A DNA stretch of 64,000 nt, taken from the NCBI GenBank assembly GCA_963674945.2, contig CAXXWQ010000004.1, positions 160,001-224,000 on the forward strand. Direction: 5' to 3'. The notes under the pieces were generated by a model. The model saw only the letters and a program-made list of their open reading frames with translations. It was not told where the DNA came from and did no database searches. A program made the position numbers and the translations under genes. The first letter of the stretch is position 1. Every line of letters begins with the position of its first letter. The stretch is from an uncultured Desulfosarcina sp. GTDB taxonomy: Bacteria; Desulfobacterota; Desulfobacteria; Desulfobacterales; Desulfosarcinaceae. Positions 10,144-20,990 of this stretch are shown one piece after another.

Positions 10144-10157
10144 GTCAAGCCGTTGAC
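10144..10157. promoter_or_regulatory. FleQ-type activator box
   Basis: Perfect GTCA-AGCCGT-TGAC, ~180 bp upstream of the fliL promoter. Confidence 0.55.
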
Positions 10158-10181
10158 ACGAATATATTTTTTAAGAGGAAT

Positions 10182-10231
10182 GCCGGCCATGGCCACCCGG
10201 TATACGGTAAGTACGGGTGCCTGTGGCCGGC
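10182..10231 (-). terminator. GC-rich imperfect stem-loop downstream of flgE
   Basis: GCCGGCCA...CACCCG / CGGGTG...TGGCCGGC inverted repeat; no clean U-tract. Confidence 0.4.
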
Positions 10232-10339
10232 GTAGGGAATACTGAGGGAGTTTTTCGTTCCATTTCCCCGACGTATAGGGAACTTCTCAATCAAAACAAT
10301 GTAAGAGTTTTTTAAGGGTGACCGATCATGCCGTCATGC

Positions 10340-11662
10340 CTACCGCTTGATGTTGATCAGTTCGTTTAAAAGCTCATCGCTGGTGGTGATGACCTTCGAG
10401 TTGGCCTGATACGCCCGCTGGGTGGTAATCATCTCGACGAACTCCGTTGCCAGGTCCACGTTGGAAAGTTCCAGGGAACTGGGTGCAATGGATCCCAGGC
10501 CGCCCGAATTGGCAACGCCAATCAAGGCATCCCCCGAGTTCATGGATTGGGCGTACAAATTGCTTCCCATCTTGGTAAGACCGGAATAGCTGGGAAAATC
10601 GGCAAGGGCCAGCTGTGCGAAGGGAATAATGGCACCATTGGAATAAATACCGGAAAAAACTCCCTCCTCATCAACGGCCACACTCTGAAGCACTCCGGAA
10701 GGAAGGCCGTTCTGGCTCTGGGCCGTCTTTGCCGACTCGGAGCTGTATCCGGTCACGGTGCCGTCCGAGTCAAAAGTCGAGGGCGTGGCTGTCGGATCAC
10801 CATCACCAAGAACCCAGTCAATCTCCAAATCATCGGCGCCTTCCAGGTTTCCAATAGTGATATGCGGATTGCCTCCTGCGCTCATATAAGTCCCCGTTGC
10901 CGGTGTAGCCGTCGGGTCAGGAGGCGTATACGTAGTGCCCGACCAGCTACCCTCACCAAAATAGGAGGTGCTTACATTTAAACTCCCGTCGGTGTCGAAT
11001 TCAAGATATCCACCTGTATTGCAGGTAGCCGTACTTGGATCCGTTTCGACGTACCAATCCCAACCAGTCGCATTCCGCGTAAACACCACATCCACAACGA
11101 CTTCAGAACCCAACGAATTGTAGGTTGTGATGGAACTGGTGAAGGTGTCGTCAACTTCGGCATCACTGTTCAAATTGAGGCCAAAGGTGATCTCATCGGT
11201 CGCCTGCGGATCGTTGGTGTCCAAAGGCAAAGTGATGTTCCCCACACGGCCGACCGTCCCGTCTTCCGTATCGATTTCGTATCCCTGCACGACGAAGCCA
11301 TCGGAGTTGACCAGATTTCCATCCTTGTTCCATTCGAATTGGCCGGCGCGGGAGTAATAGGTCAAACCCTTGGAAGAGTCGTTCACAATGAAGAGGCCGG
11401 TACCATTGATGGCGAAATCCGTGGCGCTGTTGGTATTTTCCAATGAACCGGATTCCCATTGGGCCTGAACCGACTGAAGTGATGCCCCACGGCCCGTCTG
11501 AGGGCTATGGGTGGACAGCGAAGCGCTGAAAATGTTTGCAAAGGACACCCTGGAGGCCTTGAAACCGGTGGTGTCGACGTTGGCAATGTTATCACCGATT
11601 ACTTCCATGGCACTGGTATTGGCCTTCAACCCAGAGATTCCTGAATACATTGAACCGATCAT
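10340..11662 (-). CDS. flgE: Flagellar hook protein FlgE
   Basis: SGISGL...IGDNIANVDTTGFK, YSRAGQF, LELSNVDLATEFVEMITTQRAYQANSKVITT. Confidence 0.97.
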   Translation of the reverse strand: MIGSMYSGISGLKANTSAMEVIGDNIANVDTTGFKASRVSFANIFSASLSTHSPQTGRGASLQSVQAQWESGSLENTNSATDFAINGTGLFIVNDSSKGLTYYSRAGQFEWNKDGNLVNSDGFVVQGYEIDTEDGTVGRVGNITLPLDTNDPQATDEITFGLNLNSDAEVDDTFTSSITTYNSLGSEVVVDVVFTRNATGWDWYVETDPSTATCNTGGYLEFDTDGSLNVSTSYFGEGSWSGTTYTPPDPTATPATGTYMSAGGNPHITIGNLEGADDLEIDWVLGDGDPTATPSTFDSDGTVTGYSSESAKTAQSQNGLPSGVLQSVAVDEEGVFSGIYSNGAIIPFAQLALADFPSYSGLTKMGSNLYAQSMNSGDALIGVANSGGLGSIAPSSLELSNVDLATEFVEMITTQRAYQANSKVITTSDELLNELINIKR

Positions 11663-11697
11663 GGTTTTTCTCCTTTCCTGACAAAAATAAAAATAAA

Positions 11698-12384
11698 TTA
11701 TATCTCTTCTTCGGAGGATGTTTCGACGATGCGAATCACCGAAGAAATGGAAACTTCCCGTCCGTTGACGAGTAAACTGGTTTCGCCGCTTTCATAGTCG
11801 ATGCCGCTGACGATACCGGTTGTATAGCTGGTGGATCCGACGGTCTCACCATCGGCACCGGTTGCCATGACGCTAAAGGTATAGACCCCGTCATCCACGG
11901 CCGTGCCATACTCATCCTCTCCGTCCCACGTCACTTGCTGCTCCCCAGCCGCCTGAAAACCCGCATCGATATCGGTGATGAAATTTCCGGCGCTGTCATA
12001 TATCTGGATGTACACGGAATCCGCGTCACCTTCCAAATCGTATCGAATCGTATCCGCAACCCCTTCGTTGACACCGAATGTATCGCCGGTAGCCGTGATG
12101 GTTTTTCCGATGAAACCGGCCGCCTGGATATTGTTTGAGACGGATTGATAGACTTCGAAATCTTCCAGGGTGCTTCCGATGTTCTGGAGCTGTTCCAAAG
12201 AGCTGAACTGTGCCAACTGAGCCGTAAACTCCGTACCATCTGCAGGATTCAGCGGGTCTTGATTCTGCAATTGTGCCACCATCAGGGTCAAAAAGGCGTC
12301 TTTGCCCAGGGTATTGTTGTCCGCGGCGGATTTTGTTGTACTGCTGGCGTCACTGGCGGTTTGCGATATACCGGCGATCGTCAT
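11698..12384 (-). CDS. flgD: Hook cap protein FlgD
   Basis: LGKDAFLTLMVAQLQNQDPLNP, AQLAQFSSLEQ, FlgD Ig-like WDG motif. Confidence 0.97.
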   Translation of the reverse strand: MTIAGISQTASDASSTTKSAADNNTLGKDAFLTLMVAQLQNQDPLNPADGTEFTAQLAQFSSLEQLQNIGSTLEDFEVYQSVSNNIQAAGFIGKTITATGDTFGVNEGVADTIRYDLEGDADSVYIQIYDSAGNFITDIDAGFQAAGEQQVTWDGEDEYGTAVDDGVYTFSVMATGADGETVGSTSYTTGIVSGIDYESGETSLLVNGREVSISSVIRIVETSSEEEI

Positions 12385-12473
12385 GATTTTCTCCTATCAG
12401 TCATCGATTGATTCTTTATCAATCCTTATTATTGGGCTTTGCCATTGCTCCTGCCGTTGCTTTTGCCAGTGGA

Positions 12474-15400
12474 TCAGGCAAAATGACTAATCCCGTTCCG
12501 ACGATGCGGATTGCGTTTTGGATGTTCGTCGCGGGCATGTTTTCCCCGCCCCCGACCTTCCGAATCTGTCTGCTGTCCATCACCTGCCTGCCGTCCGTTA
12601 TGAGATGTGGTATTTCTTTGCATCTGGGAAGATTGCTCATGACCCGAATGATGATCGGCCTCCGAATGGACCGTCACTTCGAATTTATCGATGGTCAGAC
12701 CCTGATTGTGGAGTTCGGCTTTCAGTTGATGAAGATGGCTGTCGATTGTCTCCTTGACGGCTGCGGAATCCGTCACGATCCGAACCATGATTTGGTCCTT
12801 TTCGGTCGCGATGTTCATGCGAACATTTCCGAGAAACTCGGGTTTCAATTGAATCTGCACTTCTGATCGTCCCTTGAGAGAACGCACGACCGTATGCCGA
12901 ACGACCTGGTCCATCACCGAACTCTGATAGGCACTGCCGGGCATGAATGGCCTTGGATTCGAAGCTGCCGCATGCCCTGTGGATGTCCCACCCGTATTTG
13001 CAGTTGTCGGTGCCGGCTTTGCGACCTCATCATGGGCGGTATGCAGCCGTGCTGGATCCGGTCCATTGCTTTTCATGTTATCTGAAAGATGTTCGGCTTG
13101 CCGCTGGTTTTCTTCCCGCACGACAATTTCCTCTTGCGGAGGAGCCGGTGTCGTGCCTTTCATCTTATCGGCAAAATCTCCCTTTGGGGACCCGACCGGA
13201 TTTTCTGAAAATTCAGTATTTCTTATGATCTTAGTCGCTTGTACTACAACCGGTTCTCGAAACCCTTTTTCGTTTGCGCCGGTCTCTTCAACCGGCTGAT
13301 CCCCTGCAATATCTATCCGCTCCTTCTCGAACCTGGTTTTTGTAGCGAAGGCGGATACCGTTTCTGTGGCTGCTTGAAACGATTGTCCGCCATCGAATCG
13401 CCGCAGAATCGCAGACGGGTCGGCCGCAGGCCTGCTCGACTGCAATGCCGCAGCTTCCTGGTTTGGGGACGATGGTGTCTGCCCGGTCTCCGTCTTTCCA
13501 TTCTTCGATTCAATGGGCTGAAAAGAAAATGAGTCTACCGTTTTCATCCCTCTTTGTGGTGCTTTTTCAGTCAGATTGGACGTAGATGTGGTATCGCCAG
13601 CCAAATTCGGATCTGTCTTTCCGTCCCTGGAATCGATATGGTTTGGCGCCAAGCGAAAAGATCTCGTTTTACCATCCAATTGATGTTCTCTGCCATCGTT
13701 TTTCGTTTGTGCCTTGGTATCTTCTGAATCGTCCAGCAGGACTGCCCGGGACGATGCTTTCATTTTCTCATGTTCTTCGCCTTGGATGGCGCTTTCCGTA
13801 TTTTTCGCTTCTTCGGTGATCTCTGGCTTTTCCCCTTTGCCCATCGGCAGAACCGTATCCAAACCGTCATCGGAAGCGGAAACTTGGTTCAGAGTCGATC
13901 TTGCAGTGTCCTCTGCCGCTTTTGTTCTCCACGAAGAAGAGAAAGGCACAGTACTCTCAGTGTTCTCGACGACCTTTGCCTCAACTGCTTTCAAATCGGA
14001 TTCACCTTTTGAAGTTACTGGTGAAACGGCAGATCCTGAACGAAAACCACCTTGGGATAGAGTAGATCCGATTGTACGGAAAGCGCCAGGCGCGACGGCG
14101 GTTCGATTCTCGACACCCGAGGAACCCTTGGAAACCATGGTTTTCGAAGTGTCCTCGGCAACCGGATCCGTCACCTCTATAAACTGCGAAGCCACTGGCG
14201 GTCGAAGTGACTGACTCTCCCCCCCCCCACGATACTCGTTCCCCTGGACTGTTTCCGCGACCAGATTTTTGGATAACCTTTCGGGAACCTGATTCTTGGC
14301 CCCGGTAGATGACGAATCCGTTGCCAATTGTTGTGTGGATCGATTCTCACCACCGGCATTGTTATCGTGACCCGTTGCCGTCTTTGAAATCAAATTTTTC
14401 AACGGACTTTCGGGGACCACGCCGGCGGCCTTATTGGGAATTCCTGTCTTTTGATCCGGACTCTTTGAAATGCTGCCATCTTTAAGCGACGGGAATTCGG
14501 TATCCAACCCGTTTTCCAAGACAGCCGAAGCTGAATTGGTCCGCTCCCCCAATATCTCCTGTTGCATTGCGGTTCTTTTTTCAAGGGACGGTGAATCATC
14601 AAGGGATGCATTTCGGGCCGCACCGGATTCTTTCCCGGTCGACGTGATTTTGGACTGGCTTTCCAAAACAACGTCTCTTTTCATGTCTTCGGAATTGGAA
14701 ATGAAGCTCGAGTTCTTCGCATCACCGAAAGCCATCCCCCTTGTAGAAAAATTCTGGATTTTCTGCGTCTCTGCCACGATCGGAGATTCTGTGTCAGCAG
14801 GCGTGATCGGTTTCGTTGTCTCTTCAATGGGTGATTGACTGCCGAACGCGGGAACCGCAACCAACCGGGGCTTATTTCCCGGGGTATCATCGAATGGAGT
14901 CGAATCGGACAGAACGGATCCGCCGTTTTTCTCATCTTCCAGCGGCGCGCCGGTGACCGGTTCAGAATACGGTTTTTCATCTGTCGTGTGCGCGTCGGTA
15001 TCTGGACCGTTGGCCGATGGTACTGGCATCTCGGTCGATATGTCCCGTATCGCGCTTTCGATCCCATCTGGGAGCGTCGTATCGACGACTGCATCCGCTT
15101 TCAGCTTCTCAATGCTCTCCCATCGTGGCTTTTTTGAGGAACATGAATCATTTTGTTGCGATTCAAATTGCTGTGTAATGGATGCCTCTTTACCCGTTTG
15201 GGCAGGAACGAATAGAGTCGTAATTTCGTCAGGCGTTTCGGATGGCGGATCCAGTTGCTCTGAAACCATCCGTTTCAATTGATTGAATGTTGGCAAATCC
15301 GGTCCAAATTCATTACCGCGAAAATCTGGATCACTATGGGCAGCCGATCTTCCCGTAACGTCGTATCCCATCAGCTTCCGAATCGAGTCGTGAAATTCAC

Positions 15401-15539
15401 TCGATTTTCCGTCCCTTGGGAAAGAATCGAAATCTTTCTTTTGGCGCCAGGGCAGGCGGTTGTTTTTCCCCGACGCTTTGCCATCTGCAATTGTATCGGG
15501 ATTGGCAAGATTTTGAAGAAATCCTTGTAATGGTATCAT
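12474..15539 (-). CDS. fliK: Hook-length control protein FliK (very long)
   Basis: Long low-complexity S/T/E/P-rich region; C-terminal QLKPEFLGNVRM...LHQLKAELHNQGL domain; between fliJ and flgD. Confidence 0.9.
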   Translation of the reverse strand: MIPLQGFLQNLANPDTIADGKASGKNNRLPWRQKKDFDSFPRDGKSSEFHDSIRKLMGYDVTGRSAAHSDPDFRGNEFGPDLPTFNQLKRMVSEQLDPPSETPDEITTLFVPAQTGKEASITQQFESQQNDSCSSKKPRWESIEKLKADAVVDTTLPDGIESAIRDISTEMPVPSANGPDTDAHTTDEKPYSEPVTGAPLEDEKNGGSVLSDSTPFDDTPGNKPRLVAVPAFGSQSPIEETTKPITPADTESPIVAETQKIQNFSTRGMAFGDAKNSSFISNSEDMKRDVVLESQSKITSTGKESGAARNASLDDSPSLEKRTAMQQEILGERTNSASAVLENGLDTEFPSLKDGSISKSPDQKTGIPNKAAGVVPESPLKNLISKTATGHDNNAGGENRSTQQLATDSSSTGAKNQVPERLSKNLVAETVQGNEYRGGGESQSLRPPVASQFIEVTDPVAEDTSKTMVSKGSSGVENRTAVAPGAFRTIGSTLSQGGFRSGSAVSPVTSKGESDLKAVEAKVVENTESTVPFSSSWRTKAAEDTARSTLNQVSASDDGLDTVLPMGKGEKPEITEEAKNTESAIQGEEHEKMKASSRAVLLDDSEDTKAQTKNDGREHQLDGKTRSFRLAPNHIDSRDGKTDPNLAGDTTSTSNLTEKAPQRGMKTVDSFSFQPIESKNGKTETGQTPSSPNQEAAALQSSRPAADPSAILRRFDGGQSFQAATETVSAFATKTRFEKERIDIAGDQPVEETGANEKGFREPVVVQATKIIRNTEFSENPVGSPKGDFADKMKGTTPAPPQEEIVVREENQRQAEHLSDNMKSNGPDPARLHTAHDEVAKPAPTTANTGGTSTGHAAASNPRPFMPGSAYQSSVMDQVVRHTVVRSLKGRSEVQIQLKPEFLGNVRMNIATEKDQIMVRIVTDSAAVKETIDSHLHQLKAELHNQGLTIDKFEVTVHSEADHHSGHEQSSQMQRNTTSHNGRQAGDGQQTDSEGRGRGKHARDEHPKRNPHRRNGISHFA

Positions 15540-15551
15540 CTGCCGATCCTG

Positions 15552-15995
15552 CTATTCGATAGTTTTTCTGACAAACTGGTTGATGGCAATTTCATCGATG
15601 AATTTCGTTTCCTGCGCCAGCATCGATTTCCGGTAGCGTTCGAGCCCCTGCTCTTTCAATTTCTCCAAAATTTTCCGTTTTTTTACGGCTTCTATCATTT
15701 CTTTTTGTACCGTTGATACCTGTGCCTCTATCTTTTCGGCCTCTCTTGCCTGTTCGACGATTCGTTCGGAGAGGACTTTCAAGTATTGGTGATAGGCGAC
15801 CACCTGTGCACTGGAAAGTCCGTTTGCCTGCTCCTCGGCCAGCGTCTGGTTTGTTATCATCTCTTTTCGTTTCATCGCATCTAACCGCTCCAGGGCTGAA
15901 AGTAGTTTCGTCTTAATTTCGGCAAGTCGCTTTTTCAGATCGTCTTCGAGAAATTTTCGATGATCCAGGACCGGCTGTAGTTTAAACTGATACAT
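15552..15995 (-). CDS. fliJ: Flagellar export chaperone FliJ
   Basis: MYQFKLQPVLDHRK, coiled coil, LEKLKE...IDEIA. Confidence 0.93.
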   Translation of the reverse strand: MYQFKLQPVLDHRKFLEDDLKKRLAEIKTKLLSALERLDAMKRKEMITNQTLAEEQANGLSSAQVVAYHQYLKVLSERIVEQAREAEKIEAQVSTVQKEMIEAVKKRKILEKLKEQGLERYRKSMLAQETKFIDEIAINQFVRKTIE

Positions 15996-16062
15996 GGTAC
16001 GATCACTTCCTGCTATTTACCATCGTGAAATCCAACCGGTGTCTCATCGTGACTTTTCTATA

Positions 16063-16078
16063 AACAAATTACATGCCA
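16063..16078 (-). promoter_or_regulatory. Probable sigma54 promoter for fliJK-flgDE
   Basis: Minus strand TGGCATGTAATTTGTT (GG-N10-GT, one mismatch at -12) in a 228-bp intergenic gap. Confidence 0.5.
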
Positions 16079-16223
16079 CAATTTTAAAATCATTGTTTTG
16101 CCTGATCTACCCTGCTTTTCGATCGATTCTGGCGGGTCTTGCCGCTCCATACGGCCCGCATTGTGGGCAATTATTTCCGGCGATGGATGATTTTTCCTCT
16201 CTTCTATGGCTACGGTGCGACAC

Positions 16224-17543
16224 TCATCCCATCATGGATGTCATTTCATCGACACTGGATTCAAAAGTAACCGACTCGCTTATGCCCTGTCGAAGAAAGC
16301 GATTAATGGGTTCGATCATCTCGATGGCCTGGTCGATCTTCGGATTGCTGCCCGCCGCATAGGCACCGATGTTGATGAGGTCTTCTGCTTTGCGGTAGGT
16401 GGCCATTAACTCTTTGATCCTGCCCGCGTTGAGCTTGTGTTCGAGATCGGTGATGTCTTCCATCACACGACTGATGCTTCTAAGGACGTCGATGGCAGGA
16501 TAGTGATTTTGGTTGGCCAGGTCCCTGGTGAGAACGATATGACCATCCAATATGGATCGTACCGTATCGGCAATGGGTTCATTCATATCGTCGCCTTCCA
16601 CAAGGACGGTGTACAAGCCGGTAATGGTACCCCGATGGGAAGAGGTACCTGCCCGTTCCAGCAATTTGGGCAACATGGAAAATACGGACGGGGTGTACCC
16701 CTTGGTAGTCGGTGGTTCCCCCAAGGAGAGACCGATCTCCCGTTGAGCCATGGCCAATCGCGTCACCGAATCCATCATCAGATTCACGTGTTTTCCCTGG
16801 TCACGGAAATATTCAGCAATGGCAGTGGCGATAAAACCGCCGCGCAATCGGACCAATGGAAGATGGTCGGAAGTGGCGACGACCACCACTGACTTTTTCA
16901 GTCCTTCCTCTCCGAGATCTTTCTGGATGAACTCATTGAGTTCCCTACCCCGCTCGCCGATAAGGGCAATGACATTCACCTCGGCAGAGGTGTATCGAGC
17001 GATCATTCCCAACAATACGCTCTTCCCGACGCCTGATCCGGCGAAGATGCCCATGCGTTGCCCACACCCCACGGTGAGTAATCCATTGATGGCACGAATG
17101 CCGAGATCCAATGGCTGCTCGATTCGATTCCGCAATAACGGATTTACCGGATTCGCATAGATGGGATACGCATCTTCGTCAACAATGGGTCCTTTCCCAT
17201 CGATTGGATTTCCAAGCCCGTCGATAACCCGTCCCAAGAGTCCCGGCCCAACTCCTACCTGGGCTTTCTCTTTTCGTGCAACCACCTTGCATCCAGGACC
17301 GAGACTACGTATATCCTCCAATGGCATCAGCAGAACTGCGTCTTCCTTGAACCCCAAGACTTCTGCACTGACCCCGCGGTTTCCGCCCTCGGTCAGGATA
17401 TCGCAAACGGCTCCGATTTGTGATGCCGGTCCGGTGGCTTCGATTACCATTCCGACGACCTTCTGGATGCGACCGCTGGCCCGAATGGGAACGCTGGCAT
17501 CCACGGCATCGATGTATTTATCCAAAAAGAAAGATTGGAGCAT
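16224..17543 (-). CDS. fliI: Flagellar export ATPase FliI
   Basis: [11 protein letters not shown]alker [25 protein letters not shown]. Confidence 0.98.
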   Translation of the reverse strand: MLQSFFLDKYIDAVDASVPIRASGRIQKVVGMVIEATGPASQIGAVCDILTEGGNRGVSAEVLGFKEDAVLLMPLEDIRSLGPGCKVVARKEKAQVGVGPGLLGRVIDGLGNPIDGKGPIVDEDAYPIYANPVNPLLRNRIEQPLDLGIRAINGLLTVGCGQRMGIFAGSGVGKSVLLGMIARYTSAEVNVIALIGERGRELNEFIQKDLGEEGLKKSVVVVATSDHLPLVRLRGGFIATAIAEYFRDQGKHVNLMMDSVTRLAMAQREIGLSLGEPPTTKGYTPSVFSMLPKLLERAGTSSHRGTITGLYTVLVEGDDMNEPIADTVRSILDGHIVLTRDLANQNHYPAIDVLRSISRVMEDITDLEHKLNAGRIKELMATYRKAEDLINIGAYAAGSNPKIDQAIEMIEPINRFLRQGISESVTFESSVDEMTSMMG

Positions 17544-17641
17544 CGTATTGGTCTTGTTTCATTATCGAATCGGTTCGAGATTTCATGTCGGCACAAACGG
17601 TCCTGTCAAGTGGAAAGGTTGTCACTTGTCACCATTGACTG

Positions 17642-18352
17642 TTATGAGGCTGGCGTCTTCGGCAGTTGGGCATCGAGCATCTCTTCAATGACTTTCATCT
17701 GTTGATCGATTCTGGCATCCACATCCCCGAGTTTGGTCTCGATGATACACCCCCCGCGTAAAATCGCATCATCGGCTTCGATTTTAAGAAAGGCGGCCAT
17801 ATCATCACCTGACACCAGATCTCCCTGGAATTCTTTCACCGTTTCCACATCTTCGGGATGCAGCCGCAATGTTATTTGGCGCTGATCGGACACCTTTTCC
17901 ATGGCCAGCTTGACCACCTGGCGGATGACCTTGCCATTTTCAGCCTCCTGCCCGATGATTCGTTTTGTGATTGCCAATGCCAACCGGACGGTTTCAATCT
18001 CCATCAGTTCCACGTCCCGTTGCCGTACTCTCTTCATCTCCTCGACCACCGTTGTCAGGGCAATTGTTGCCTGATGGACTTTTTCCCGATGCGAAGCGAT
18101 GACCTCATTGCGTCCTTTATCCACACCTTCATTGAAGGCCGCTTGAATTGCCTGTTCATCCATTTTCGGCGCATGGGAGTCTTCGACGGGAGGTGATGGC
18201 GCCTTTTCATTTCGCGCGGCCCCTTGCGTAAACATTTCAGAATTGCCGGATACGCTTGAGGCCTTTTTTGTATCGCAGGAAATTTCCGGGAAAAGATACA
18301 GCTCGCAGGAATTTTTAGATTGCTGAAGATTATTTTTTTGTGAATCAGCCAA
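17642..18352 (-). CDS. fliH: Flagellar assembly protein FliH
   Basis: AFNEGVDKG repeat, LRLHPED, GGCIIETKLGDVDARI. Confidence 0.93.
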   Translation of the reverse strand: MADSQKNNLQQSKNSCELYLFPEISCDTKKASSVSGNSEMFTQGAARNEKAPSPPVEDSHAPKMDEQAIQAAFNEGVDKGRNEVIASHREKVHQATIALTTVVEEMKRVRQRDVELMEIETVRLALAITKRIIGQEAENGKVIRQVVKLAMEKVSDQRQITLRLHPEDVETVKEFQGDLVSGDDMAAFLKIEADDAILRGGCIIETKLGDVDARIDQQMKVIEEMLDAQLPKTPAS

Positions 18353-19313
18353 CGAATTCCTCCCCTCCCCTTCCGCTAATCACCAATTCACCTTTTCTTT
18401 CCATATCCTGAATGATTTTTGTTATCTTGCGCTGCGCATCGGCCACTTCTTTGATCCGAACGGCACCTGACACTTCCATCTCTTCTTTCAGTATCTCGCT
18501 TGCCCGCTCAGACATGTTTCTGAATATCTTCTCTTTTACGTCGTCTGCAGATGCCTTAAGAGCAACAGCCAGCTCCTGGGACTCCACGCTGCGAAGTACC
18601 TTTTGCAGCCCTCTATCATCAACGAGTATGATGTCATCGAAAACGAACATGTTCTGACGGATCTCTTCGGCCAGGTCCGGATCCTCTTCCTCAATATCTT
18701 CGATGATCTGCTCCGTCGTTGTCCCGTCGATCATATTCAGTATTTCCGCGAGGCGAGGTACACCGCCGGCCTTTTCGACGGTGGACGTTTCATTTTTCGA
18801 TAGGATCTCTTCAAATACATGGTCGATCTCTTCCAACATGCCGGAAGATACGTTATCCAGATTGGCGATTCGCCAAGCGACATCGGACTTCAATTCGTCC
18901 GGGAGAAGCGTCATCACATCGCTCGCATGCTGCGGCTCAAGATGGGCAAGAATCAAGGATATTGTCTGGGGATGCTCATTTTGAATATGCTGGATAAGCT
19001 TATCGGGAGCAATGGATTGAATGGATTTTAATTTCTTATCCTTCAGATCATCTAAAATGTCGTCGGGGATGCCGTCACCCTTGCTCTCGCTTTTATTCTC
19101 GATTTGCTTTGGCGGTGTTGCTTTTTCCAAAAACTCCTTGGCAACACTCTCGACCAATGCCGGCGATATTTCCCCGAGCCTGGATGAGAGCTTGAAAATT
19201 AAATTTCGCTCCGATCGATTGAGTTGGCTCATCACCGGACTTAGGACATCCCATCCCAAGGCATGTACGAGTATAGCCGCCTTTAACGATCCGATAAGAT
19301 TTTGTGGGTCCAT
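18345..19313 (-). CDS. fliG: Motor switch protein FliG
   Basis: KAAIL, EHPQTISLIL, MFVFDD, FRNMSERA. Confidence 0.97.
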   Translation of the reverse strand: MDPQNLIGSLKAAILVHALGWDVLSPVMSQLNRSERNLIFKLSSRLGEISPALVESVAKEFLEKATPPKQIENKSESKGDGIPDDILDDLKDKKLKSIQSIAPDKLIQHIQNEHPQTISLILAHLEPQHASDVMTLLPDELKSDVAWRIANLDNVSSGMLEEIDHVFEEILSKNETSTVEKAGGVPRLAEILNMIDGTTTEQIIEDIEEEDPDLAEEIRQNMFVFDDIILVDDRGLQKVLRSVESQELAVALKASADDVKEKIFRNMSERASEILKEEMEVSGAVRIKEVADAQRKITKIIQDMERKGELVISGRGGEEFVG

Positions 19314-19373
19314 GGTTTTCTATTTTTCTATGGCGCCGTATTCCAATGGGCACATTACATCGCCTGTGTTTCT

Positions 19374-20969
19374 TCAGGTCTCTTGAAGCCAGGACTTCAT
19401 CAGTTTGGTTGAACCGGTATTATTATCGGTGATCAGATTTTTCAGTTGTCCCGTGTAGCTATTCTCGTCTTCCGCCTGAGCATAACGTCGTTCTAACTCC
19501 TTGATCGTTTGGGGAAGCTGTTCTATCATCTGAATTTCCTCCATGGGAGTAGATGTGAGCCATCTTGCCAACGGTTTTACGACCATAAAGTAAGACAGAA
19601 GAATAAATAATCCCGCCGCACCATATTTTATCAATGTCTGGTTGTTGCGGATCATCTCCATCCAGGCAATCGCCTTGGGTTCTTCTTCCAACTCAGGCAT
19701 CACGTCCACCTGGAAGGGAATGTTTACCACTTCGATCCTATCACCGCGGGACTCATCATAATCGACGGCACTTTTCACGATATTTTCAAGTTTTGCCATT
19801 TCCACTTCGCTTCGGGGAACATATGTGGCTTGATCCGATTCGGCGCCCTCCTCCGGTGGCTTATAGGTACCGTCGACGACCACGGCAACCGACAATCGCT
19901 GGATACTTCCCACCGGCATAATCTGCCGATTGACCATTTTTCCTACTTCATAATTTTTCGTAAATTGCTGTTTCTGGCTGCTTATCCCATCTTGTGTCTC
20001 AGATGTCGTCGTTCCTGGAACGACATTTGATTGAAGACCGGGAATACCGGCGACGCGATCAGAATCATTTGCAATTGAATTAGAACTCTGCTCGCTTCGA
20101 ATGACAGAGTTTTCCGGAAGGTAGAGTTCCTCTGTTTTTTCCTGCTGTGTAAAGTTGAGAAGACAGGACACCCGGACGATGGCCTTATCCATTCCAAGAA
20201 CGCTTTCCAGCATTGTTTTGACCCTGTTCTCCAAAAGTCTCTCTTTTTTCTCTTGGAAGGCGAGCTGGTTGGATGTGATCTGTTGGATACCATTTTCTTC
20301 TTTCATACCGGCAAGCATCTTCCCGGTATCATCGACAATGGTTACATCTTCCGGTTGAAGCCGGGAAACACTCGATGAGATCAGGTGCACGATACCCTGG
20401 ATCTGCTCCTTACTAAGATATCTACCTCTTCTCAACTTCAGGATTACAGAGGCGGTGGCGGGTTCTTCCTCCTCGATGAATAAGGATTTAGCAGGCATGA
20501 CGATGTGAACACGTGAACTCTCCACTTCCATCAACGTGTTGATGGTCCGGCTCAATTCGCCTTGAAGCGCGCGTTGATAGTTGACGTTCTGAACAAACTC
20601 GGTCATCCCCAATTTTGCATCATCAAACACCTCGAAGCCGATTCCCGTTCCGCGGGGCAAACCCTCGGAGGCCAATTGTAAGCGCGTCTCGTAAATTTTC
20701 TCATAGGGTATGAGTACGCCTTTCCCATCCATTGTTAGCTTGTATGGAATCTGATTTTCCTTAAGCTTTGTTACGATTTCGGCGGCATCTTCCGGTGCCA
20801 AATTGCTGTATAAGGGATGAAGATCGTCGGTTCCCGACCAAGTCAGAAAATATACCATTCCAGCAATGGTCCCACCGACCAAAATGGCCATGGTCACCAA
20901 TTTGCCTGTAGAGAGGCCCCTTATTGCCAACTTTGCTTGCTGCGGAAACATTGCTAGAGAAAAAGCCAT
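19374..20969 (-). CDS. fliF: MS-ring protein FliF
   Basis: Two TM segments; GFEVFD..KLGMTEFVQNVNYQRALQGELSRTI; ASVIL; RLSVAVVVDG. Confidence 0.97.
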   Translation of the reverse strand: MAFSLAMFPQQAKLAIRGLSTGKLVTMAILVGGTIAGMVYFLTWSGTDDLHPLYSNLAPEDAAEIVTKLKENQIPYKLTMDGKGVLIPYEKIYETRLQLASEGLPRGTGIGFEVFDDAKLGMTEFVQNVNYQRALQGELSRTINTLMEVESSRVHIVMPAKSLFIEEEEPATASVILKLRRGRYLSKEQIQGIVHLISSSVSRLQPEDVTIVDDTGKMLAGMKEENGIQQITSNQLAFQEKKERLLENRVKTMLESVLGMDKAIVRVSCLLNFTQQEKTEELYLPENSVIRSEQSSNSIANDSDRVAGIPGLQSNVVPGTTTSETQDGISSQKQQFTKNYEVGKMVNRQIMPVGSIQRLSVAVVVDGTYKPPEEGAESDQATYVPRSEVEMAKLENIVKSAVDYDESRGDRIEVVNIPFQVDVMPELEEEPKAIAWMEMIRNNQTLIKYGAAGLFILLSYFMVVKPLARWLTSTPMEEIQMIEQLPQTIKELERRYAQAEDENSYTGQLKNLITDNNTGSTKLMKSWLQET

Positions 20970-20990
20970 TTCGACTCCTTACCCTTTATT

